Assembly (NCBI GenBank): GCA_029061605.1
Contig: JAIDRT010000012.1
Location: 66,239-130,238, forward strand
Origin: Clostridia bacterium
GTDB taxonomy: Bacteria > Bacillota > Clostridia > Christensenellales > UBA3700
DNA length: 64,000 nucleotides
Direction: 5' to 3'
The notes under the pieces were generated by a model. That model saw only the letters and a list, made by a program, of their open reading frames with translations, did not search any database and was not told the origin of the DNA. Below are positions 54,824 to 62,202 of the stretch, one piece after another. How positions within the stretch are numbered: the first letter of the stretch is position 1; each line of letters begins with the position of its first letter. The position numbers and the translations under genes are program-made.

Positions 54824-56688
54824 TTACCCGCCTTTGATAGATAAACTAAAAGCACAGTTATATCCGCAGGTGATACTCCGCTTATTCTTGACGCCTGCCC
54901 TAAATTGAGAGGTTTGACTTTGTCAAGTTTTTGTCTTGCCTCAATTCTAAGTCCTTTGATTTGGCTATAATCTATATCTTGCGGAAGAGTTTTGTTCTCA
55001 AGTTTATTTATATCGGCAATTATAGATTGCTGTTTGTTGAGATATCCCTCGTATTTTACTGCAGTAGAGACTTCTTCAAAACATCTCTTGTCAAGGTCTT
55101 TAAGTTCCTCAAAATTCTGCATAAGCATATCAAAAGTTATAGCCGCTCTCTTCAGCATATCCTTATAAGAAAGCGCATTATTAGGCACAGGTTCGCCAAT
55201 ATTTTCAAAAAATTCTTTATATTCTTTTGGCGGCAAAGTCTTGTCAAGAATATGAGATATATCATCTATAGTCTGCATTTTTTTGGTATATTCTTGCCAT
55301 CTTTCGTCGTCTACTAGCCCTACTTCTCTGCCGATTTTAGTAAGTCTTCTGTCGGCGTTTTCTTGGCGTAGCAATAATCTATGCTCTGCTCTTGCCGTCA
55401 TCATTCTATAAGGCTCATTGGTGCCTTTTGTGACCAAATCATCAATAAGTACGCCTATATATGAAGAATCTCTAGTCAATACAAGCGGTTGTTTTTCTTT
55501 GAGATACAATGACGCATTAATCCCGGCAATAAGTCCTTGCGCAGCAGCCTCTTCATATCCGCTGCTGCCGTTGAGTTGTCCTGCAAGGAAAAGACCTTTG
55601 ATATGCTTGACCATTAGATATGGAGTGAGACAAAGCGAATCTATACAGTCGTATTCTATTGCGTAAGCAAAACGCATTATCTTGACTTTTTCCAATCCAA
55701 TTACTGATTTATACATCTCAAGTTGGACGTCAAAAGGCATTGAAGAACTCATACCCTGCACGTACATTTCATTAGTCAAGGAACTCTCAGGCTCTATAAA
55801 AATCTGGTGGCGTTCTTTGTCGGCAAAACGCATTACTTTGTCTTCGATTGACGGACAATATCTTGGTCCAATGCTGTGAATAGAGCCGTTGTATAGCGGA
55901 GATCTGTCAATATTCGCCATTATGATATCTTTTGTCTTTTGAGTAGTATAAGTGAGATAGCATACCTCTTTGTTAGGTATATATCCTTTTGTCATAAAAG
56001 AAAACGGATATATATTATCGTCGCCATTCTGCACTTGCATAGCGTCAAAATTAATGCTGTTTTTATCCACTCTGGCAGGCGTGCCTGTCTTAAATCTGCG
56101 AGTAGGTACGTCAAGATTAATAAGGCTGTCTGTGAGTTTTGTTGCTCTGGAAAAACCGTTGGGACCAGTCTTAGTCACGTTGTCGCCAATTATGATATGA
56201 GCGTTGAGATAGACGCCTGTGGCAACTACTATACTGTCGGCGTAAAAAGTCTGTCCCAAATTCGTAGTTATGCCGTATACAGCGCCATTTTTAGTTAGTA
56301 TTTCAGCGACTTCGCCTTGCAATATATCTAAGTTGGGCGTAGTCTCCATTATATTCTTCATATAATGATGATACAGCGTTTTGTCGGCTTGTCCTCTAAG
56401 CGACTGCACCGCCGCTCCCTTGCCCATATTAAGCATACGTATCTGAAGTAAATTATTGTCGGCAGAAAGTCCCATCTGACCGCCAAGTGCGTCAATTTCT
56501 CTCACTAGATGACCTTTTGCCGTGCCGCCGATCGCAGGATTGCACGCCATAAATGCTATGGCGTCAAGAGAAAGAGTAACTGCCAAAGTCTTATGCCCAA
56601 GACGCGCCAAAGCAAGACACGCCTCAACTCCTGCGTGTCCGCAACCTATAACTATTGCGTCATAATTCTTTTGATAGCCGTCTAGCAT
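54820..56688 (-). CDS. mnmG: tRNA uridine 5-carboxymethylaminomethyl modification enzyme MnmG
   Basis: YDAIVIGCGHAGVEACLALARLG...GPRYCPSIEDKV...AGQLNGSSGYEEAAAQGL. Confidence 0.95.
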   Translation of the reverse strand: MLDGYQKNYDAIVIGCGHAGVEACLALARLGHKTLAVTLSLDAIAFMACNPAIGGTAKGHLVREIDALGGQMGLSADNNLLQIRMLNMGKGAAVQSLRGQADKTLYHHYMKNIMETTPNLDILQGEVAEILTKNGAVYGITTNLGQTFYADSIVVATGVYLNAHIIIGDNVTKTGPNGFSRATKLTDSLINLDVPTRRFKTGTPARVDKNSINFDAMQVQNGDDNIYPFSFMTKGYIPNKEVCYLTYTTQKTKDIIMANIDRSPLYNGSIHSIGPRYCPSIEDKVMRFADKERHQIFIEPESSLTNEMYVQGMSSSMPFDVQLEMYKSVIGLEKVKIMRFAYAIEYDCIDSLCLTPYLMVKHIKGLFLAGQLNGSSGYEEAAAQGLIAGINASLYLKEKQPLVLTRDSSYIGVLIDDLVTKGTNEPYRMMTARAEHRLLLRQENADRRLTKIGREVGLVDDERWQEYTKKMQTIDDISHILDKTLPPKEYKEFFENIGEPVPNNALSYKDMLKRAAITFDMLMQNFEELKDLDKRCFEEVSTAVKYEGYLNKQQSIIADINKLENKTLPQDIDYSQIKGLRIEARQKLDKVKPLNLGQASRISGVSPADITVLLVYLSKAGK

Positions 56689-56726
56689 TTTTATTTTCCT
56701 TTATGTTTTCAAAGTTACAACTCAAC

Positions 56727-56757
56727 GTCATTTCGAGCGTAGTCGAGAAATCTAAAT
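56727..56757. repeat. hairpin-module repeat copy (family A)
   Basis: gtcaTTTCgagcgtagtcgaGAAAtctaaatc, essentially identical to 52872-52902. Confidence 0.8.
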
Positions 56758-56823
56758 CATTTTCGTTTTGGTAGAAATGACATTTATATTTACTTTCAAA
56801 TTATACCATAATACTTATTGCAT

Positions 56824-56852
56824 TTGCAAATATAACGCGCTTATGATATAAT
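56824..56852 (+). promoter_or_regulatory. predicted mnmE promoter positioned for a leaderless transcript
   Basis: TTGCAA (56824-56829), 17 nt, TATAAT (56847-56852), 6 nt, ATG (56859). No SD-like sequence. Confidence 0.45.
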
Positions 56853-56858
56853 TTAATT

Positions 56859-58187
56859 ATGAAAACTATAGCCACTATATCCACCCCTATAGGTCGCGGA
56901 GCAATAGCCATTGTGCGTATGAGCGGAGACAAAGCGTTGGAGATTGCCTCTTCAATTTTTACTTGCAAAAAACTTGCAAGTTTTAAGGACGCAATGCCCA
57001 ATTATATGTATTACGGCAGTATTGATGTAGGCGCTTTTAAGGACAGTATATTGGCGGTTTATTTCAAAGCGCCGCATTCATATACCGGCGAAGATATAGT
57101 GGAATTTCAGTGTCACGGTGGCGTGAGACTTATTGACGAAGTACTCAAGGCTTGCCTCAAAAACGGTTGTGAAATTGCTGACAAGGGAGAATTCACTAAA
57201 CGCGCTTTTCTCAACGGCAAGATTGCTTTGAGCGACGCAGAAGGCATAATTGATATGATAAATAGCGAAAGCGTGGCGTCATTAAATGCAAGTTACAGAC
57301 TATCTACAGGAGATATAGCAGATCAAATAAGATCTCTGCAAACTACTCTACTTGATTGCGTATCTGAGCTTGAGGCAAGTCTTGATTATCCTGAAGAGAT
57401 GGAAGAAGAGGCAAAATCAAACGCCGATAAGACGACAGATCATTTGATATATGAATTGGAAAAACTCAATTCTACGGCAAAAGTAGGCGGATATATCCGT
57501 CAAGGCATCAACGTTGCGATAGTAGGTCAAGCCAACGTCGGCAAGTCTTCGCTCCTCAATGTATTCGTGGGCAAGGATAGGGCTATTGTGACGAATATCG
57601 CAGGAACTACTAGAGACAGTCTCGAAGAATACGTTGAAGTCGACGGAGTTATGCTCAAACTAATTGATACCGCAGGTATAAGAGATACCAGCGATATAGT
57701 CGAGGCTATGGGCGTAGAGCGAAGTATGCAGGCGGCAAAAGGCAGCGATATAGTCTTGTTTGTCACAGAGGCAGGTCGAGAATTAAATCAATATGAAAAT
57801 GACTTGATAAAAAGTCTTGACGGCAACAACAAAATACTACTGGTAATAAATAAATGCGATACGGCAAAAGACGATCGCAAAGGCATAAAAATAAGCGCAA
57901 AAAACAACGTAGGTATTGAGGAACTTAAAAAAGCAATAATCAACACTTTTATAGATTCAAGTGTGGATACCAATGGCAATATAATTACCAACGAACGCCA
58001 CGCGCAAGCCATCAGACAGGCTATATCAAGTCTTAAGAACGCAAAAGCAAGTTACGCTACTCTGCCGACAGAATGCAGTCTAATTGATTTGAGAGACGCA
58101 TATTTTGCGCTGGGCGCAATTACCGGCAATACTGCAAGCGAGGATATTATTGATACTATTTTTAGTAAATTCTGTTTGGGTAAGTGA
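56859..58187 (+). CDS. mnmE: tRNA modification GTPase MnmE
   Basis: MKTIATISTPIGRGAIAIVRMSG...GQANVGKSSLLN...DTAGIR...C-terminal FCLGK. Confidence 0.95.
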   Translation: MKTIATISTPIGRGAIAIVRMSGDKALEIASSIFTCKKLASFKDAMPNYMYYGSIDVGAFKDSILAVYFKAPHSYTGEDIVEFQCHGGVRLIDEVLKACLKNGCEIADKGEFTKRAFLNGKIALSDAEGIIDMINSESVASLNASYRLSTGDIADQIRSLQTTLLDCVSELEASLDYPEEMEEEAKSNADKTTDHLIYELEKLNSTAKVGGYIRQGINVAIVGQANVGKSSLLNVFVGKDRAIVTNIAGTTRDSLEEYVEVDGVMLKLIDTAGIRDTSDIVEAMGVERSMQAAKGSDIVLFVTEAGRELNQYENDLIKSLDGNNKILLVINKCDTAKDDRKGIKISAKNNVGIEELKKAIINTFIDSSVDTNGNIITNERHAQAIRQAISSLKNAKASYATLPTECSLIDLRDAYFALGAITGNTASEDIIDTIFSKFCLGK

Positions 58188-58336
58188 ATTGGGTATACTT
58201 AGGTAACCGAGCGCGTATAGCGCCGCGCCTTTTGCCGTAGGCGTCAGGTCTCAAGAAGTCGACGTGTAAGGCAGGACAAAAATCACAGCACTCTCCACGC
58301 TCAAGACAAGCATTCTAATTGAATTGACTATAGGAT

Positions 58337-58462
58337 GTCATTTCGACCGAAGTGGAGAAATCTCTGTCAATTTATATTATATATACTGTAGAGACCTCTC
58401 GACTTCGCTCGAGGTGACAAAGTCGCTATGCTCCTTATGAGCGTAGTTGAGAAATCTCAATT
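58337..58462. repeat. hairpin-module repeats (family A), three modules in + - + orientation
   Basis: 58337-58366 gtcaTTTCgaccgaagtggaGAAAtctctgtc. 58389-58418 is the reverse complement of gtcaCCTCgagcgaagtcgaGAGGtctc. 58437-58462 is a partial module. Confidence 0.75.
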
Positions 58463-58489
58463 GATATGAAGATATATCTCAAAAAGGCT

Positions 58490-58681
58490 CTATACATTTA
58501 AAAAAGATAAGCCCACAATTTCAACTATTTTTGATATAGATGCAAATCGGATATCTTTTCCTTTCATAATGTTATAATATGTTACTCTACTTATTTCGCA
58601 TAGTTCGCAAAATTCCGTTATTGTAATTCTATTTAAATTTATATATTTTTTTATTGCGTCTGTGTTAAATAGTTTATCCAT
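58490..58681 (-). CDS. small XRE-family HTH protein (63 aa)
   Basis: ITITEFCELCEISRVTYYNIMKG. AGGGGGA RBS. Confidence 0.6.
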   Translation of the reverse strand: MDKLFNTDAIKKYINLNRITITEFCELCEISRVTYYNIMKGKDIRFASISKIVEIVGLSFLNV

Positions 58682-58700
58682 TAGTTAATCCCCCTAATAA

Positions 58701-58778
58701 TATAAGGCTAAAAGCCATATATTATTATATAAGGCAGTTAGCCATATGTCAAGTATTATAAGGCTGAAAGCCGTATAT
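58701..58778. promoter_or_regulatory. three operator-like palindromes in a divergent promoter region
   Basis: TATAAGGC-N5-GCC(A/G)TATA at 58701-58721, 58728-58748 and 58757-58777, with spacing of 27 and 29 bp. TATAAT boxes for both divergent genes overlap the operators (minus-strand box at 58724-58729, plus-strand box at 58776-58781). Confidence 0.55.
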
Positions 58779-58787
58779 AATAGAAAT

Positions 58788-58991
58788 ATGAATAAATTTA
58801 AAGATCGTCTCAAAGAAGTTTTAGCAGAAAATAAGATATCACAAAGAGCACTTGCAAAAAGATTATATTTGTCGCAGACTATAGTAAATAATTATTGCAC
58901 AGGCAAAAGAGAGCCGACTTTGGACGTATTGATTTCTATTTGCAAAGAATTAGACGTCAGCGCAGATTATTTATTAGGATTAACTGATTAA
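58788..58991 (+). CDS. small XRE-family HTH protein (67 aa)
   Basis: MNKFKDRLKEVLAENKISQRALAKRLYLSQTIVNNYCTGKREPTLDVLISICKELDVSADYLLGL. TATAAT ends 6 nt before the ATG, giving a leaderless geometry. Confidence 0.65.
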   Translation: MNKFKDRLKEVLAENKISQRALAKRLYLSQTIVNNYCTGKREPTLDVLISICKELDVSADYLLGLTD

Positions 58992-59000
58992 AAAATACGG

Positions 59001-59031
59001 ATAGAGATTTCTCCGCTATGGTCGAAATGAC
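59001..59031. repeat. hairpin-module repeat copy (family A, inverted)
   Basis: Reverse complement reads gtcaTTTCgaccatagcggaGAAAtctctatc. Confidence 0.75.
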
Positions 59032-59113
59032 AGACAGTGGTGGTTGAGGTGCTTTAAAAATACCATTAACATAATTAAAAATAGACCAAGTTGGCAGTTT
59101 TGATAGAATAGAA

Positions 59114-59288
59114 ACGCCACTCCTGTTTGGCGAAAAGGGAGTGGCGTAATATTTTCACGAGTAAGAATGATTTTCTATACGATGAAAACGACGCAGGCGT
59201 ACTTTATGTACGTCAAGTGAGTTTGAAGAAGTAGAGGAAACATAATTGCCGTGTAAAATTACGACACCTCTCTTCTCGCCAAACTACC
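59114..59288. repeat. intergenic motif cluster related to 30005-30250
   Basis: 9-bp stem cgccactcc...ggagtggcg. The shared segment ggagtggcgtaatattttcacgagtaagaatg lies at 59137-59168. A ctcttctcgccaaac motif occurs near 59270. Confidence 0.6.
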
Positions 59289-60083
59289 TTAAAAGAACTT
59301 TTTCATATCTCCGCCATAAGTTTTCATTCTTGTTACGCCAGTCTTGTTGAAGTTGCGACTTTCTTGCGGTTGTCTTTCTGTTTGTTGACTTTCGGTTCTT
59401 GGCTTGGAAGTACGGTTGTTATCCCTTCTGTCTCTTGGGCCTCTGTCGTTGCGTCTATCGCCTCTTTCTCTGTCGTAAGCAGGCTTTTTAGGAGAGATTA
59501 CGACATATCTGTTAGGCTCTTCTCCGTGACTTTCTGTGGTAACAAATCTGTCGTCGTGCAAAGCCGAATGGATTATTCTTCTCTCAAATGGATTCATAGG
59601 CTCGAGAGATTCTGATTTGTGGGATTTTGCCACTCTGAAAGCAATCTTTTTGGCAAGTTTTGAGAGAGTTGCAATTCTCTTTTCTCTGTAATTTTCGCCG
59701 TCAATAACCAATCTCTTGTTGTCAGGATTGTTTTTGTTGACTACAAGAAGTGAAAGATATTGAAGAGCGTCAAGTACGTCGCCTCTGTATCCGATAAGCA
59801 CGCCTGTATCGTCGCCGGTAAGGTTGATATAAAAAGCGTCTTCCTTTTCTTCTACTTCGGCAACGCAGTTGATATTCATTCTCTGAATTATACCGTTGAT
59901 AAAGTCGCTTACGAGAGTTGCGCCAGTTACTTTTTGCGTAACTCTTACGGTAATTTTTTTGCGGATAAGTCCCGTTTCTTTTACTTTTTCTGCATCAACT
60001 TGGCTTTCGTCAAGACCAAGTTCCTCAAGAGCCTGCTTGAGAGCCTCTTCATAACTGTTTGCAGTAATTTCTATACTTTTCAT
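59289..60083 (-). CDS. jag: Jag/KhpB (EloR) RNA-binding protein with Arg/Asp-rich C-terminal extension
   Basis: Jag_N start MKSIEITANSYEEALKQALEELG. KH-like middle region. R3H motif ESLEPMNPFERRIIHSAL. The tail reads RERGDRRNDRGPRDRRDNNRTSKPRTESQQ. Confidence 0.85.
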   Translation of the reverse strand: MKSIEITANSYEEALKQALEELGLDESQVDAEKVKETGLIRKKITVRVTQKVTGATLVSDFINGIIQRMNINCVAEVEEKEDAFYINLTGDDTGVLIGYRGDVLDALQYLSLLVVNKNNPDNKRLVIDGENYREKRIATLSKLAKKIAFRVAKSHKSESLEPMNPFERRIIHSALHDDRFVTTESHGEEPNRYVVISPKKPAYDRERGDRRNDRGPRDRRDNNRTSKPRTESQQTERQPQESRNFNKTGVTRMKTYGGDMKKFF

Positions 60084-60182
60084 ATATATCTCCTCAAAGA
60101 TAGCGCGCTATCTTTTATCTAATAATCCGTATTATTATGTGCAATACCTCATTTTTGAGGCGTTTATCAATACCCTTTAGTC

Positions 60183-61337
60183 TTATCTTTTTGCCTTATT
60201 AGACTTTTTGGAATTTTTAGTCTCTACATTCTTTACCGGCTGGATAATGATAGGCTGACTTTGTTTTTTCTTCTCCACGTTCTTCACTATAAGGTTGAAA
60301 GAAATGGATGTGATCATTGTCATAAAGTTGCTGACAAAGTAGTAAATCGCAAACGCTGCGCTGTACATAATTGCAAAGAAACCAAGTACAACAGGCATAA
60401 GATACGTCATTGTCTTGTTCATTATGCGTTGTTGTTTTTGTTGAGCCGCGTCGCCTGTCATTTGCACTGGTTGCATCTTTTGTTGCAACATTGTTGACAG
60501 AAAACTCGTTGCAATTGATAGCACTGGAAGTATGAAATAACCGTTCCATCTGCTTATATTCCAAAAACTTGTCTTATTATAATTGTTGATTATAGGCGTC
60601 ATAAGTTGATCGTAAGATACGCCAGCCATCTCCGGAAGAGTTGCGCCTATACCGCCTATTCTAGTCGAAGTGAAGTTGGAAAAACTGGGGATTACGTTTG
60701 CCCAAGTGTCGGACATAAACACGTTTTTGACCCAAAGCCAACTCTCCGGCTTGTAGCCAGTGACCAAAGTTTCGTTGAGTTTTTCAATAAGCCCGGCTTG
60801 ACGGATATAGTCGTAGGAAGGAATAAAGCCTTCAACAAAGTCATTGCCATTCATAAACTGAATTCCGCACGCCTGCGAGATTGCCTCGGCGTTGTCTTTG
60901 AAAAACTGCAAATATACGTCGTTGTAAAGATTGCTTACAATCGTTTGATTGTAGTTGACAATATACTCTCTGAAGCCTTGGAATACCAAGCCGAATATCA
61001 CAAGTGTGAAAATCATTGGCAAACAGGAAGTGAAGATATTCATTGAGCCTTTCTGAAGTTCGTATTGCTTTTGTCGGAGAATGTCGGGGCGGTTGGCGTA
61101 CTGCTTTTGAAGTTTTTCCAATTGCGGACGTATTGCGTCCATCTTGGCTTTTTGCTTGCGCATAATCAACTTTTGCCAGATATCAAGCGGCAAAATCAAC
61201 AAACGCAACAAAATAGAAAACACCACTACCGTCCAACCGAAGTTGCCGATACCGCTGTTCATCCAATCTAGCAGGCTGATGATAGGTTTCCAAATCGCAT
61301 TCACAGCCGCTAGCAAACTATAACTCATAATAGCCAT
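60183..61337 (-). CDS. yidC: membrane protein insertase YidC
   Basis: GNFGWTVVVFSILLRLLILPL...P.L.KLQKQY. Multiple TM segments and a basic C-terminal tail. Located between yidD and jag. Confidence 0.9.
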   Translation of the reverse strand: MAIMSYSLLAAVNAIWKPIISLLDWMNSGIGNFGWTVVVFSILLRLLILPLDIWQKLIMRKQKAKMDAIRPQLEKLQKQYANRPDILRQKQYELQKGSMNIFTSCLPMIFTLVIFGLVFQGFREYIVNYNQTIVSNLYNDVYLQFFKDNAEAISQACGIQFMNGNDFVEGFIPSYDYIRQAGLIEKLNETLVTGYKPESWLWVKNVFMSDTWANVIPSFSNFTSTRIGGIGATLPEMAGVSYDQLMTPIINNYNKTSFWNISRWNGYFILPVLSIATSFLSTMLQQKMQPVQMTGDAAQQKQQRIMNKTMTYLMPVVLGFFAIMYSAAFAIYYFVSNFMTMITSISFNLIVKNVEKKKQSQPIIIQPVKNVETKNSKKSNKAKR

Positions 61338-61564
61338 TTTGCATTTCCTTTTAGATCGTCTTTCACGGGATCAAATCCGCCTTTTGAAAAGGGATTGCAC
61401 CTCAATATCCTAGCCGCGCCCATTGCAGAGCCTTTTAAATATCCTTTTTTGGCTATGGCTTGTCCCATATACGCCGAACACGACGGAATATGTTTGCACT
61501 TGCCACCCACTACCGGATTGATAAATTGCTTGTAATATTGAATAAAAAAATTTCCGCTTTTCAT
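61325..61564 (-). CDS. yidD: membrane protein insertion efficiency factor YidD
   Basis: CKHIPSCSAYMGQAIAKKGYLKGSAMGAARILRCNPF. Confidence 0.85.
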   Translation of the reverse strand: MKSGNFFIQYYKQFINPVVGGKCKHIPSCSAYMGQAIAKKGYLKGSAMGAARILRCNPFSKGGFDPVKDDLKGNAKWLL

Positions 61565-61580
61565 TTATCGTCCGTACGCC

Positions 61581-61988
61581 TCAATCAAACTTTGCTTTGT
61601 CCAATATGCTCTGTTTGATTTTTAGTCTTTGCGCTACGTCATCGTCGATTTTTTTCGCAAGCAAATTGCTTTTGATCATCAAATGCAAAAGACTGTTGGC
61701 AAGTTCTTCAAAACTCGCATTGCCGCAAGCCTCTCTTGCTATAACGATATAATTCTCGTCGTTCTTGAGATATGGTATAAGCGCTCTAAACGCTTCTCTC
61801 AAACGTCTTCTGACTTTGTTGCGAATTACTGCCCTGTTGTCGACTCTCTTGCTTACGATAAAGCCCACCTTCAATGAATACTTGGAAGGGGCGTGGACAA
61901 GTACAAGCATCTTGTTGGCGCTGCTTTCGCCTTTTCTGTGCAGATAACTAAATACTCTGCCATTCTTAAGCCTGTACTTTTTTTGCAT
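61581..61988 (-). CDS. rnpA: ribonuclease P protein component
   Basis: KYRLKNGRVFSYLHRKG...VGFIVSKRVDNRAVIRNKVRRRLREAF. Immediately downstream of rpmH. Confidence 0.85.
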   Translation of the reverse strand: MQKKYRLKNGRVFSYLHRKGESSANKMLVLVHAPSKYSLKVGFIVSKRVDNRAVIRNKVRRRLREAFRALIPYLKNDENYIVIAREACGNASFEELANSLLHLMIKSNLLAKKIDDDVAQRLKIKQSILDKAKFD

Positions 61989-61995
61989 ACCAAAA

Positions 61996-62130
61996 TTAAG
62001 CAGTAAGTTGCTTTCTGCCCTTATTGCGACGTCTCTTTATAACGTTTCTACCGCTCTTGCTACGCATTCTCTCACGAAAACCGTGAACCTTTGATCTTTG
62101 TCTTTTTTTTGGTTGATACGTCTGTTTCAT
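61996..62130 (-). CDS. rpmH: 50S ribosomal protein L34
   Basis: Hand-translated and below the ORF-track cutoff: [54 protein letters not shown]. Confidence 0.9.
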   Translation of the reverse strand: MKQTYQPKKRQRSKVHGFRERMRSKSGRNVIKRRRNKGRKQLTA

Positions 62131-62174
62131 ATCGTATTGTCTCCTTTTTATATAAAAAATAATTATGCTATATT

Positions 62175-62202
62175 ATTATAAAGAAAATGCAGGGTACTGT
62201 CA
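62175..62202 (-). promoter_or_regulatory. rpmH operon promoter
   Basis: Minus strand reads TTGACA (62197-62202), 16 nt, TATAAT (62175-62180). Confidence 0.6.
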
